From: an uncultured Christensenella sp.
Lineage (GTDB): Bacteria; Bacillota; Clostridia; Christensenellales; DTU072
Reading direction: 5' to 3'
DNA length: 64,000 bases
Assembly (NCBI GenBank): GCA_964418255.1
Contig: CAYQKV010000002.1
Span: 108,421-172,420 of the forward strand
The translations under genes were made by a program, and so were the position numbers. Within the stretch, counting starts at the first letter, position 1; every line of letters starts with the position of its first letter. Below the pieces are notes generated by a model that saw only the letters and a list, made by a program, of their open reading frames with translations, searched no databases and was not told the origin of the DNA. This document shows positions 18,121 to 29,161 of this stretch, piece after piece.

Positions 18121-19188
18121 CTATTGCACAAAAGAAAAAGCGAAATCGCCGTCGCTGTCGATGGTAAGAATGATGGTGCCGTTAAGGTCGGTGCGGTAGA
18201 CCGAGGCGTCTGCCGCTTCGAGACGGGCGAGGGCGTCGGGAGTGGGGTGACCGTATTTGTTATCCTGTTCGTCAACGCAGATAATCGCGTACTCGGCTTG
18301 CACGTAAGCGAGAAATTCGGTCGTGGACGAATGTTGGCTGCCGTGGTGAGCGACTTTGAGAAAATCGACGTCCATATCGTAACTTTCGCTGTACAGAATA
18401 AACCATTCCTCTTCTTCGCTCGGCGCGTCGCCCGTAAGAAGGAGTTTTCTCCCGCCGTAGGTAAGCAAGGTAATAATCGACATACCGTTTTTGATTTTGC
18501 TTTCGGTCTTTGTAAAGCCGTCGTTGCCGGGAGAAAAGAAAGTGAGAACGCAGTCGCCGACCGTTAAATCAAACGTAGAACTTTCGGGCGTATCGATAAT
18601 ATGTAACGTCGCGCCGTCCTCGGCTTTCGCCTTGTCCGTGAACTTTCGATAGGTAGCGGAACCGTCCTCATAATAATCGTTAAAATAAAAGTTTTTTATA
18701 ACGTAGTCGTCCACGACCTGACTCATCATATTGACGTGGTCGCTGTCCGGATGTGTGACGACAAGATAGTCGATAACGTCTCCCTCCACGACGTCGGATA
18801 AGTATGAATAATACCGCGTCTTCGTCGCGGACGAAGCGGAAAGTCCGCTGCCCGCGTCCACAAGCATATATTTGTTTTCGGGAAGTTCGATTACTATCCC
18901 GTCGCCCTGACCGACGAACACGAAATGAATTTTTATCGGCACGCCGTCTATTTCGCCGACGGAATCGCCCCGCACCGTAGCGGAAGTCCCGCCGCTTGCG
19001 CCGCCATTATTGCCGTTTCCGTCGTCTAAGTTGTCGTCCTGCGTTTCGCCGAGGATAGCGTCGATTACGCTATCGAGTTTTCCTGTTTTATATAAAACTA
19101 TCGTTAAGGCTACCAAAACGAGGATAAGGAGCACCGCAATTATGATTATTGCTGTCTGATTACTTTTTCGAGATTTTCTTTTTGCCAT
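18121..19188 (-). CDS. ComEC/Rec2-like metallo-beta-lactamase hydrolase with N-terminal TM
   Basis: FVGQGDGIVIELPENKYMLVDAG, VVTHPDSDHV, LLTGDAPSEEEE, VAHHGSQHSS. Confidence 0.85.
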   Translation of the reverse strand: MAKRKSRKSNQTAIIIIAVLLILVLVALTIVLYKTGKLDSVIDAILGETQDDNLDDGNGNNGGASGGTSATVRGDSVGEIDGVPIKIHFVFVGQGDGIVIELPENKYMLVDAGSGLSASSATKTRYYSYLSDVVEGDVIDYLVVTHPDSDHVNMMSQVVDDYVIKNFYFNDYYEDGSATYRKFTDKAKAEDGATLHIIDTPESSTFDLTVGDCVLTFFSPGNDGFTKTESKIKNGMSIITLLTYGGRKLLLTGDAPSEEEEWFILYSESYDMDVDFLKVAHHGSQHSSTTEFLAYVQAEYAIICVDEQDNKYGHPTPDALARLEAADASVYRTDLNGTIILTIDSDGDFAFSFVQ

Positions 19189-19633
19189 ACCGTCCGCCTT
19201 ATAGTATTTTGCAGGCTTATGAGCCCGAGAAAAATTTTATCGAAAATATTATATGCCAAACGCGATTTTTGCGCAAGAAAAAGGGCGGGCATATCGCATT
19301 TTTGCGCAATAAAAACAAAGTCGCGGAATAGCGGTTTTATTTCGATAAGCGGGATACGGGCAAGGTTTGCTTATCGGTTTTCTCCGAAATAACAGCAAGC
19401 GTATAAGCTGAAATAGATTTTAACATTGACAAAACGCGCGGTATTATTGTATAATCGTTTTGTATTTTTATTTATGCGCGCACGCAGAGCGCGTACGCAT
19501 AAAGAAAAGACGGAGTGCGCATATAGCGTTTTGCCGATTGTCCGGAAAGTCCGCTTCGTTTATGCGGCGGCGAAATTACTTACTTTTCCGAAAGACAAAC
19601 GCAATCTGTTCACACCGTGTAAAGGCGCGAGGT

Positions 19634-22600
19634 ATGATGATGAAAACTAAAAGATGTACGGGTCTGAAAATTGCCGTTACGGCTATCGCGGCGGCGCTGC
19701 TTACGATGTTGCTTTCGGCGTGTTTCGGGACGCATACCGTAATTACGTTTCAGACGAACGGCGGTTCTCCCTGCGAGTCGATTACCGTAGACGGAGAAAC
19801 CGAAAGCATTACGTTGCCCACGCCGACGAGAGACGGTTACGACTTCGACGGGTGGTACGCCAACCGCGCGTTGACCGAGTCCGTTCCGAACGTTCTCACG
19901 GGAGAGAGTATTCCCACCGCAAGCGTTACTTTTTACGCGAAATGGCTCGTTAAACAGATTACCATAACTTTTGTGGCGGGAGACGACGTCGTCGAAAAAC
20001 GCGTGCTCGACTACGACTCGTACGTTTATGCGGAAGATTTTCCGTCTCTTGCCGACTATCCCGATTATCGTTGGAACAACGCTACGTTCAGGGCGCAGTA
20101 CGACCGTACGATAACCGCGGTGAAAGTGACGGTCGAAGACCCGGAATACACCGTGTCTTACTATGTCCCCGGTGAAGACGGTTTTTCCTTATACGCTTCC
20201 CGAAAAGGGACGGAAGGCACGGCTATCGTATCTCCCGAAAATCCCGTTTCTCCCGACGGCGACTCCGCTAAATATTTCGCGGGATGGTACTACGACGAAA
20301 ATTACGTCAATCTCTGCCGCGAGCTTCCGAGCAGTATAGGGGGAGAAAACCTTTCTTTCTACGCTAAGTTCGAAGAGGCGGGAGACGATTCGAGATACTT
20401 ATTCTATGAAGAAACCGCCGACGGAACGGGCGTGACTATTATCGGTTTTACCGTGGTCGGAGGATACCAGCCTACGGTGTCCATTCCTTCCGAGATAGGC
20501 GGCAAACCCGTAGTCGCGTTGGGTACGGGCGGAGAGCCCGCGGCAAAAGGCGCGCTCGGCTCGACGTTTTTGAAACGCGTGGTGGTTCCCGCGTCGGTGC
20601 GGGAGATAAGAGACTGGGCTTTCGCGGGGTGTACCGCGCTCGAAGAGGTTATTTTTACGGGCGACGCGGTTACTTCGATAGGTAAAGGAGCGTTCGCGGG
20701 GTGCGTTTCTCTTGCGGCGTTTAACCTACCCGATAACGTGACGAGCGTGGGCGATTACGCGTTCGCGGGGATAGGAACGGGCGGAACGGAAGACGTCGAA
20801 ATCGACGGGCTTACGGGAAAATGGACGAAAACGGAAATGAAACTTGCGCGTTTCAACTCGGGTTCGGCGAGCAAACTTTCCGCGCTCGGCGCGTATGCGT
20901 TTTATAACTGCCCGCAACTTGTCGGCGTCAAACTCGGCGCGGTTATGAGAGAATTCAACTACCTTGCGTTTATGGGAAGCGGCATTGCCGAAGTGGAATT
21001 TTACGAAGGGGGCAACCTTACGGGCATAGACGGCGCGGTGTATTCGCGTTCGGGAGCGACCCTTTACTATTATCCGCTTAACGGTAAAGTTGAATATACG
21101 ATGCCGCAAAGCGTAACGGCTGTCGCGCCTTACGCGTTCTACGCAAACGGCAATATAAAAACAGTCACGGTTTCGCCGCGGCTTGTTTCGATAGGAGAAA
21201 AAGCCTTCGCCGAGTGCTCTGCGCTCGAAAGCGCGTATTTAAGAGATTCCGTCCTTTCTTCTGTGGGAGAAAGCGCGTTCGAAAACTGCGTGTCTCTCGG
21301 AAGAATAGTTTTCCCTGCGACGCTCGTAACTCTTTCTTCTTCCGCGTTCGCTTCCTGCTCTGCGCTCGAAAGCGTTACGTTCGAAGGAAGCGCGCTTTCC
21401 GCGATAGGGGACAGGGCGTTTGAAAATTGCGTTTCGCTCGGTTCGATTACCGTACCGACGGACGTGACGAGCATAGGAAATTATGCGTTCGGAAATTGTA
21501 CTTCTCTCGCGTATCTGCGGTTCGGGACGAGGAGTAAACTGACGTTCGTCGGCGATTACGCGTTTTACGAATGCAGAAGCATCGGCTCGGTGTTGTTGCC
21601 GTCGGGAATAACTTCGATAGGAAGGTACGCGTTCGCTTCGGAAAGCGGCAGAATGGAATTCGAATTCGACGGAGATACCGATTTAAGCAACCTCGAATAC
21701 ATAGGCGATTGCGCGTTTATGAACACGCGAATAGCTTCGGTTACCATATCGGGGAAAATCGCGTCGAACGACGCGCTCGGGAAATACGTTTTCAAAAACT
21801 GCACTATGCTTAGACAGGCGTTCTTCTCGCCCGCCGCGTATACCGCTGTGCCCGAAGGACTGTTTTACGGTTGTACTTCTCTTACGAGAATAAGATTTTC
21901 GGGAAATATCCGCTCGGTGGGAGCGTACGCGTTTTATAACTGCGCGGCTATGGAATGGGCGGAATTCGGTTCGGGCGTTACGGAAATTTACGAAAGCGCG
22001 TTCGAAAACTGCGTTTCCCTTACCAACCCGGGAGCGGACCAAAGAGTTCTGCCACGCAACCTTACCTATCTCGGGTCGAGGGCGTTTTATAACTGTTCTT
22101 CCCTCGAAACCGTCAATATACCCGCAAATCTTGCGAAAATAGAGAAAGAAACTTTCGCGCGGTGCTCTTCGCTTACCGATATAAACTACGACGACGGTGC
22201 GGTTCTCGCCACGATAGGGGAAAACGCGTTTGCGTACTGTTCGAGCCTGCAAAGGGCGGCTTTGCCCGTTTCCCTTGCGGAGAGGAACGAAGACAACGCG
22301 AGCGGATTTGTGGGAAATCCTTTCTACGGGTGCGCGAATTTGAGAGAATACGTCTTCGCGGGAACGCCAGAAGGAACGTTGTTCGCCGAGGACGGAGTTG
22401 TCTATCGCAAGCTGGAAAAGGCGAGCGTTGAGGGCGAATACGCCGCGGAAAGGGCGATTTACGCGTATCCTACCGCAAAATCCACGGCGACGTTCAATGT
22501 TTCGACAAACGTCGCGGTTATCGACGCGTACGCGTTTTACGGATGCGTAATAAGAGGGCTCGGGTTTGCGAGAAATACCGAAGTCGGCGGAACGGAAAGC

Positions 22601-25600
22601 GTGGTTTTGGTGTCGATAGGGGACTACGCGTTCGCCGACACGCAGATAACGACGGCGAATATTTCCTTCCGCGTGTACGAAATAGGAGAAGGCGCGTTCA
22701 GAAACAGCCAACTGAGCAGCGTGACCGTGGACGGAACTTATATTTACGACGGAATAAGCGATTATTCGATAATAAATACCGATACCGACAGAGCGAACAA
22801 TCTGATTTCCATAGGAGCGTACGCGTTTGCCGAGACTTCGATAGCGACGTTTACCGCGCCGTCGAGAACGGCTTTGCTCGGAGAGGGTGCGCTCAGTTCG
22901 GATTACAAACTTTCGTCGGTGACGCTTACGGGAGGGAATTTAACCGAACTTACGCTCGGCGCGCGGCTTTTCGAAAAGGACAACCTCATTACCGAAATCA
23001 CCCTGCCGTCCTCGGTAGTCGAAGTGGGAGCGTACGCGTTTTATCGCTGTTCCAACCTCGGTTCGGTGCGCTTTGTTTCGGGCGGTTCGTTCGGACTGAC
23101 CATCGGAGACTACGCGTTTTCCGAAGCGCATTATCTGTATGAAATAACTTTGCCGTCCACCGTGGTTTCCCTCGGAACGGGCGTGTTCGACGGCGATACC
23201 AGACTTAAATACGTATACTTCCCGGAGACTCTTACCGTTGCGACCGACCTTGCCGTACCCGACAGAGCTTTTGAAGGTATGCCCGCGCTTAACGAGCTGG
23301 AAATTCCCGAGTATATCTCGAAAATAGGGGAAAAAGCGTTCGCGTCATCCGCGCTTAGAAGCATAACCTTCCTCGGAACGGAAGATTCGGTCGGACTGGA
23401 AATAGCAAGCGAAGCGTTCGCAAAACTCGACGGACTTACCGAAATAACCCTTCCCGCGAATTTAACCGCAATAGGAGAAAGAGCGTTCGCGTATTCTGCG
23501 TTGAAAGAAGTAGTTTACGGAGAGGGCAAAACCTTTACGATAGGCGACGGAGCGTTTGAAGGAACCGCGCTTACCCAATTTACGGCGACGGAAAGAGTGT
23601 CGAAAATCGGGAAGAGAAGTTTTGCAAACGTCGCTACCCTTACCTCTTTTACATCCGCGGATACGGTGACGGAAATACCCGATATGGCGTTCTACGGAGA
23701 CGCGCGCCTTTCGAATTTATCCCTCGGAAACGCGGTGACGAGCCTTGGAAGAGAATGTTTTTACGGAACGGGAATTACCGAATTCCTTTCCGAATCGGTG
23801 ACGGAAATAGGCGTCTCCGCGTTCGGGAATTCGGCGGTTAAGAAAGTATCGTTTGTTTCTTCTTCGAAAATCACGGTGGAAGAAAGAGCGTTCGAAAACG
23901 CGAGAGCGCTTGCGGAAGCGAGCTTCGAAGCGGCGGGAGAAATAGTTATCGGCGAAAACGCGTTCGAAAACAACGCGGCGCTTATCGCGCTTACTGTAAA
24001 AGGCGCGACGGCGGTACTTGCGGACGGGTTCGCTTCGGGAGCGACCTCGCTCGGAGAAGGGTTCTCGTTCGAAGAAACCGACTCTGCGTACGCTAATTAC
24101 AAGTTCGACGAAGAGGAAAAAGTACTGTACTCGGCGGATGGAAAGAAATTCGTATATTATCCCGCGGGCAAGACGGGTTCGGTGTTTACCCTTGCAAGCG
24201 AAGTGGAAGAAATCGGTCCTTACGCGTTCTATGCGAACGCGGGGATTACCGCGCTTATTATAGAAGGGGAAAACGTCGTAAGGAGCGATACCAGTTTCGG
24301 ATATACGAGCGCGGACCTTACTTTCTACGTCGCTTCCGACCTGGTGGAACAGTATATAAACAGATGGCAGACGAGCGCGTTTGCGGCGCGGTCGACCGTG
24401 CTCGGCGGGTTCGTTCTCGCGTTGCAGAGTTCGGGAGATTACAGCGTAACCGAATACCTCGGAGCGGACGACTACGTGGAAATAACCGGCGAAATGACGG
24501 ACGAAGAGGGTAAAACTTACGTCGTTTCTTCCGTCGGAGAAAACGCGTTCAGAAACAATACCGTCATACGGACTCTCGTAATAGACGGAGGGATAAAGAC
24601 GATAGCGAGCGGAGCGTTCCGCAACTGTTACAAACTCGCCTCGGTTACGATAGGAGAAAACGTGACGAGCGTGAAGAGTTACGCGTTTTATAACTGCGCC
24701 GCGCTGGAAAGCGTGGAGTTTGCGGGAGAAAGCAGTCTGATAAGCATAGGAAATTACGCGTTTGCGCGGGACGGTGAGCTCAAAGAATTCTCCGTACCAG
24801 ACGGGGTGGAGAGCATAGGAATATTCGCGTTTTCGGGAGATTACAGTCTTAAAGAAATCACGATAGGAAACGGGCTTGCGGAAATAGGCAACAACGCGTT
24901 CGAAAACTGTTCGTCAATCGTATCCGTCGCTATGCCCGCGTCGCTGTCGAAAATGGGAAGTTACGTTTTCAGCGGTTGCGATAACCTCGTATACCTCGAT
25001 ATAGGCAATCCGTCGGTGTGCTCGATAGAAAGCAACACGTTTAACGGAACGCCCGAAAGTTTGTATTTCTTCGTTCCCGATTCTGCGGCGGCAAGACTTT
25101 ACAAAGCGGACGGGGTGTGGAGAACGCATATCAGCAAAATTCTGTCCGCGGAAGAGCGTTGCGCGGAAGAAGGGTTTGAAAACTACGTCCTTAGAAACGA
25201 CGGGACGGGGTATACGCTTATAGCGTATCTCGGCACGGAAACCGACGTGGAAATCGTATCCGATATTTCCGACGACGTGAAAATCGAAGAAATAGGCGAG
25301 TATGCGATAGGACAGTTTGCGAAAAACGTGACGGTTGATGACGGCGTAAAAGTAATAGGAGAACGCGCGTTCTATCAGGCGAAAAACCTCGCTACGCTCG
25401 TTCTTCCGTCAAGCTTGGAAGAAATCGGTTCTTACGCGTTTCAATATCTCGAAAAATTGACTTCGGTAACCGTAAACGACGGGTCCGTCCTCGCTTCGAT
25501 AGGACCTTACGCGTTTTACGGATGTACGGGACTTACCGAAATCGTGTTGCCCGCTTCTTTAAGAACCGTGGGGGACTACGCGTTTTCGTGCGCGGACGGA

Positions 25601-27775
25601 GAAAGTATGAACTTGAAAACGGCGCTTTTCTTACACGACGCCGTAGGCGGAACGGACGGGACGGGAGCGAGCGTATATATTTCGATAGGAAGAAAGGCGT
25701 TCGCAAACAACGCCGAGCTTAAAACGCTTACGTTCAACTGCCGCGTGTCGGCAATCGGAGACGGCGCGTTCGACGGGTGCGAAAGTCTCGACAGTCTGTA
25801 CCTTAATTACAATCCGACGAGAAACACTTCCGATATGGTGGCTTCGGTAAGCGGAAACGGAGTGTTCGGCGGGTGCGAAAAACTTTCGGTGTTCCTGCCC
25901 ACGACGGCGATAACGGGACAGTACAGGACGGTATGGACGTCGGACTACGACAAACATAAACTTACCGCGGTTACTTACCGCGACACTCTCGGCTTCGTGT
26001 ACGCGGTTACTTCCACGTCGAACAGACAGGTTACCGTTATTAACTATCTCGGCGATGATACCGAAGTTAACTTCCCGACGGAGACGCAAATCGGACAGGA
26101 AGTGTACAGAGTGGTGCGTATAGGCAGAGAGAAATACGGGACTGCGGAAGAGGTAAACGGACGGATTATAGGAAACAACGTTACGAAAGTAACGATACCC
26201 TCCACGGTCGTCACGATAGGAGAGGACGCGTTCAGGGACAGCGAAAATCTTAAAGAAGTCACGATGGGGACGAGCGTAAACACGATAGAAGGATATGCGT
26301 TTGCCGGGTGCAAAAAACTTACCGACATAACCATACCTCTTTCGGTGACGACGATAGAAGCGTACGCGTTTTACGACTGCGACAGTCTTAACACGGGACT
26401 GCGTTTTGCGGAGTCTGTCGCCCCGCCCGCCACCCCCACCCTTATTATCGGAGGATACGCGTTTGCCGAGTGCGACGAACTTGCTTCTTTCTACGTGCCC
26501 AACCACGTCAGAACGATAGGCGGCGTAAGAACGACGGGAAGCGTAAACGTCGGGCATACGTTCGAAAACTGCGTAAACCTTACTAAAATAACTTTCTCGT
26601 CCGACGCGCTCATTACGGCAATCGAAGGATATAACTTCGTGAATACGGCGATTGAAGAAATCGTCCTTCCCCGTTCGCTGGAAACGGTGGCGGATTACGC
26701 GTTTGCAAACTGCTCGAAACTTCTGAGAGTGGTAGTGGAAAGGGAAATCGGCGCGGGCGTTTCCACACCGACGACTGCGGGGAACAACGTGTTCGACGGC
26801 ATAGACAACCCTCAATTAAAAGTTTACGTTCCGTCGGCGTCTTACGACGTGTACGCGGCAAGCCGCGGTTGGAACGTAAAAACGGTAATAGAAAACAACG
26901 TTACGCCCGACGGACTGTTCGCTTATAAACTCGACGGAACGGGCGACGGCGCGTACATAACCCTTACCGACTATCGCGGAACGGAGGAAATCTGCGTCGT
27001 GCCGAGGTTGGTGACGTTGCAAAGCCGTGATTATTACGTTACCACGATAGGCAGATATTTTGCCGCTTCGTACGTGAAAAAAGTCGAGTTCGAAAACGTT
27101 TCGTCGGTTACGGCTTTGGCGGAGTACGCGTTCGCGTCGTGCTATATGCTCGAAGAAATACATCTGCCCGACGGAATAACGACGATAGGAGCGCACGCGT
27201 TCGAAGGGTGCGTAAAACTTACCGATATAACGCTTTCCGCTTCTCTGTCGGAAATCAAAGAATTTACGTTCTATAATTGCAATTCGCTTAAAGAAATCGT
27301 TCTGCCCGAGGAAATTCTCAGCATCGGACCGTCGGCGTTTTACCGCTGTTCCAACCTTTCGAGAGTGGTCGTTAAGTTCGGGAAAAACCTCAACGAAAGC
27401 AACGTGGGCGCGTCGATAGGAAACTCCGCGTTCGGTGACGCGGGCACGGGCGCGGGCGGACTGGCTATTATAGTCCCCGACGACAAATACGCGGTATTCC
27501 GCGCGGGCTGGATTGCGGACAGAGACCGTATTTATTCGGCAAGCAACGTCGTGGGCGACTACGTGGTCAGAATAAACGATATGGGAACCGCGCTTACCCT
27601 CGTGCAGTACGTCGGCAACGCCGAGACGCTTGACCTTACGGAAATTTCTATGATGGGACTGTACGTCGATACAATCGCGGAAAACGCCATAGCGAGCGAA
27701 CTTACTACGATAATCGTGGGTAAAAACGTAGTTTTCCCGTCGGATATTGCGGACAGGATACAGATAAAGGAATAA
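19634..27775 (+). CDS. Giant (about 2713 aa) BspA-like LRR_5 lipoprotein with InlB-type repeats
   Basis: MMMKTKRCTGLKIAVTAIAAALLTMLLSAC lipobox; many IGxxAFxxCxxLxxVxxPxx repeats; N-terminal FQTNGGSPCESITV...GYDFDGWYANRALTE. Confidence 0.9.
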   Translation: MMMKTKRCTGLKIAVTAIAAALLTMLLSACFGTHTVITFQTNGGSPCESITVDGETESITLPTPTRDGYDFDGWYANRALTESVPNVLTGESIPTASVTFYAKWLVKQITITFVAGDDVVEKRVLDYDSYVYAEDFPSLADYPDYRWNNATFRAQYDRTITAVKVTVEDPEYTVSYYVPGEDGFSLYASRKGTEGTAIVSPENPVSPDGDSAKYFAGWYYDENYVNLCRELPSSIGGENLSFYAKFEEAGDDSRYLFYEETADGTGVTIIGFTVVGGYQPTVSIPSEIGGKPVVALGTGGEPAAKGALGSTFLKRVVVPASVREIRDWAFAGCTALEEVIFTGDAVTSIGKGAFAGCVSLAAFNLPDNVTSVGDYAFAGIGTGGTEDVEIDGLTGKWTKTEMKLARFNSGSASKLSALGAYAFYNCPQLVGVKLGAVMREFNYLAFMGSGIAEVEFYEGGNLTGIDGAVYSRSGATLYYYPLNGKVEYTMPQSVTAVAPYAFYANGNIKTVTVSPRLVSIGEKAFAECSALESAYLRDSVLSSVGESAFENCVSLGRIVFPATLVTLSSSAFASCSALESVTFEGSALSAIGDRAFENCVSLGSITVPTDVTSIGNYAFGNCTSLAYLRFGTRSKLTFVGDYAFYECRSIGSVLLPSGITSIGRYAFASESGRMEFEFDGDTDLSNLEYIGDCAFMNTRIASVTISGKIASNDALGKYVFKNCTMLRQAFFSPAAYTAVPEGLFYGCTSLTRIRFSGNIRSVGAYAFYNCAAMEWAEFGSGVTEIYESAFENCVSLTNPGADQRVLPRNLTYLGSRAFYNCSSLETVNIPANLAKIEKETFARCSSLTDINYDDGAVLATIGENAFAYCSSLQRAALPVSLAERNEDNASGFVGNPFYGCANLREYVFAGTPEGTLFAEDGVVYRKLEKASVEGEYAAERAIYAYPTAKSTATFNVSTNVAVIDAYAFYGCVIRGLGFARNTEVGGTESVVLVSIGDYAFADTQITTANISFRVYEIGEGAFRNSQLSSVTVDGTYIYDGISDYSIINTDTDRANNLISIGAYAFAETSIATFTAPSRTALLGEGALSSDYKLSSVTLTGGNLTELTLGARLFEKDNLITEITLPSSVVEVGAYAFYRCSNLGSVRFVSGGSFGLTIGDYAFSEAHYLYEITLPSTVVSLGTGVFDGDTRLKYVYFPETLTVATDLAVPDRAFEGMPALNELEIPEYISKIGEKAFASSALRSITFLGTEDSVGLEIASEAFAKLDGLTEITLPANLTAIGERAFAYSALKEVVYGEGKTFTIGDGAFEGTALTQFTATERVSKIGKRSFANVATLTSFTSADTVTEIPDMAFYGDARLSNLSLGNAVTSLGRECFYGTGITEFLSESVTEIGVSAFGNSAVKKVSFVSSSKITVEERAFENARALAEASFEAAGEIVIGENAFENNAALIALTVKGATAVLADGFASGATSLGEGFSFEETDSAYANYKFDEEEKVLYSADGKKFVYYPAGKTGSVFTLASEVEEIGPYAFYANAGITALIIEGENVVRSDTSFGYTSADLTFYVASDLVEQYINRWQTSAFAARSTVLGGFVLALQSSGDYSVTEYLGADDYVEITGEMTDEEGKTYVVSSVGENAFRNNTVIRTLVIDGGIKTIASGAFRNCYKLASVTIGENVTSVKSYAFYNCAALESVEFAGESSLISIGNYAFARDGELKEFSVPDGVESIGIFAFSGDYSLKEITIGNGLAEIGNNAFENCSSIVSVAMPASLSKMGSYVFSGCDNLVYLDIGNPSVCSIESNTFNGTPESLYFFVPDSAAARLYKADGVWRTHISKILSAEERCAEEGFENYVLRNDGTGYTLIAYLGTETDVEIVSDISDDVKIEEIGEYAIGQFAKNVTVDDGVKVIGERAFYQAKNLATLVLPSSLEEIGSYAFQYLEKLTSVTVNDGSVLASIGPYAFYGCTGLTEIVLPASLRTVGDYAFSCADGESMNLKTALFLHDAVGGTDGTGASVYISIGRKAFANNAELKTLTFNCRVSAIGDGAFDGCESLDSLYLNYNPTRNTSDMVASVSGNGVFGGCEKLSVFLPTTAITGQYRTVWTSDYDKHKLTAVTYRDTLGFVYAVTSTSNRQVTVINYLGDDTEVNFPTETQIGQEVYRVVRIGREKYGTAEEVNGRIIGNNVTKVTIPSTVVTIGEDAFRDSENLKEVTMGTSVNTIEGYAFAGCKKLTDITIPLSVTTIEAYAFYDCDSLNTGLRFAESVAPPATPTLIIGGYAFAECDELASFYVPNHVRTIGGVRTTGSVNVGHTFENCVNLTKITFSSDALITAIEGYNFVNTAIEEIVLPRSLETVADYAFANCSKLLRVVVEREIGAGVSTPTTAGNNVFDGIDNPQLKVYVPSASYDVYAASRGWNVKTVIENNVTPDGLFAYKLDGTGDGAYITLTDYRGTEEICVVPRLVTLQSRDYYVTTIGRYFAASYVKKVEFENVSSVTALAEYAFASCYMLEEIHLPDGITTIGAHAFEGCVKLTDITLSASLSEIKEFTFYNCNSLKEIVLPEEILSIGPSAFYRCSNLSRVVVKFGKNLNESNVGASIGNSAFGDAGTGAGGLAIIVPDDKYAVFRAGWIADRDRIYSASNVVGDYVVRINDMGTALTLVQYVGNAETLDLTEISMMGLYVDTIAENAIASELTTIIVGKNVVFPSDIADRIQIKE

Positions 27776-27817
27776 AAACAAAACGCCGTTTTATAACGGA
27801 ACAAAAGAGGTGAAGAT

Positions 27818-28357
27818 ATGGAATTTTACACAGTGGACATCGACGGGAGAAAGGAAGACCTTCCCGTTCTTACGATAGGAGAAAACCTGAAAATAGCGTT
27901 TTTCAATTTGCACGGAGCGCAGGAACTTACCGAGTATTGCGCGGTTAAACTTGCTAAGAAGATAAGAGAGACGGGCGCGGAAGTGGTGATGACGGCGGAA
28001 AGCAAAGGATTACAGCTTGCGCATTGCGTGGCGAGAGAACTCGGACAGAAATTTTACGCGGTGGCAAGAAAATCGAAAAAACTCTATATGCAGGACGGCA
28101 TCAGTTCTACCGTAAAATCGATAACGACGGCGGGAGAGCAGACGCTGTATCTTTCAAAGCACGACGCCGAACTCATAAAAGGAAAGAAAATAGCTATCGT
28201 GGACGACGTCATCAGTACGGGCGGAAGTCTTAAAGGACTGGAAGAACTTGCCAATCAGATGGGCGCGGAAATCGTATGCAAAGCGTTCGTGCTTGCCGAA
28301 GGCGCGGCGGCGGAGAGAGAAGACGTCGTGTATCTCGGCACGATTCCGCTGCTGTAA
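27818..28357 (+). CDS. Phosphoribosyltransferase-family protein (adenine PRT-like)
   Basis: TAESKGLQLAHCVARELGQKF, KIAIVDDVISTGGSLKGLEEL PRPP-binding motif. Confidence 0.8.
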   Translation: MEFYTVDIDGRKEDLPVLTIGENLKIAFFNLHGAQELTEYCAVKLAKKIRETGAEVVMTAESKGLQLAHCVARELGQKFYAVARKSKKLYMQDGISSTVKSITTAGEQTLYLSKHDAELIKGKKIAIVDDVISTGGSLKGLEELANQMGAEIVCKAFVLAEGAAAEREDVVYLGTIPLL

Positions 28358-28393
28358 TTTAATATCTGACAAAGGAAGAAGTTTTAATATTAT

Positions 28394-29161
28394 ATGGAAA
28401 TAAGCGTATATTCTCTCGGGAGCGGGTCGAAAGGCAACTGTTTCATCCTTTCCGACGGGAAAACGAATATTATGATAGACGCGGGACTGAGTATCCGCGC
28501 TACGGTGAGCAAACTTGCGGAAATCGGCTTGCGTTTGCAGGACGTCGGCGGCATTTTGCTTACTCACGAACATAACGACCATATAAGGAGCCTTCCGCAA
28601 CTCAGTACGTATCTGTCCGTGTATTCGCACGAAGAAACCCTGCGCGAAGCGGAAAAAATCGACGGGACGAGGCTTGCTTCTCTTAACGTCGCGGATAAAG
28701 GGTTTTACATCGGCAACTTTTTTATAACGCCGTTCGACGTAAGCCACGACGCCGCGCACCCGTACGGGTTTGTGGTGGAGACGGAAAAAGAAAAAGTCGC
28801 TTACGTCACCGACACGGGGTATATCAGCAATGGCATTATGAAAAAAATCGAGGGGTGCGGAACCGCGATAATCGAGAGCAATCACGATAAAGAACTGCTT
28901 ATGCGAGGAGGGTACCCCGAGCGGCTCAAACGACGCATACTTTCCGACAAGGGACACCTATGCAACGAAGAAGCCGCGCTCACTGTAAGAGACCTCGTAA
29001 AGTCGGGCGCGAAACGTCTTATGCTCGCGCATTTAAGCGAAAACAACAACCTCGGAGAACTTGCGTATTGGACTACCGCAAAATTGCTTTCGGGAGTCGG
29101 AATACGTAAAGGCGACGTAAAACTTGCGGTGGCAAGACAAAGGGAAACGGTGATACTGTGA
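28394..29161 (+). CDS. MBL-fold metallohydrolase (YycJ/WalJ-like)
   Basis: SLGSGSKGNCFILSDGKTNIMIDAGLS, LLTHEHNDHIRS, ESNHDKELL. Confidence 0.85.
   Translation: MEISVYSLGSGSKGNCFILSDGKTNIMIDAGLSIRATVSKLAEIGLRLQDVGGILLTHEHNDHIRSLPQLSTYLSVYSHEETLREAEKIDGTRLASLNVADKGFYIGNFFITPFDVSHDAAHPYGFVVETEKEKVAYVTDTGYISNGIMKKIEGCGTAIIESNHDKELLMRGGYPERLKRRILSDKGHLCNEEAALTVRDLVKSGAKRLMLAHLSENNNLGELAYWTTAKLLSGVGIRKGDVKLAVARQRETVIL

Noticed and set aside
20726-27781. Many reverse-strand ORFs under the giant LRR gene (e.g. 21683-22711, 25631-26815, 26816-27781)
   Set aside because: They are shadow ORFs of a highly repetitive CDS; the sense frame has a lipobox and LRR motifs throughout.
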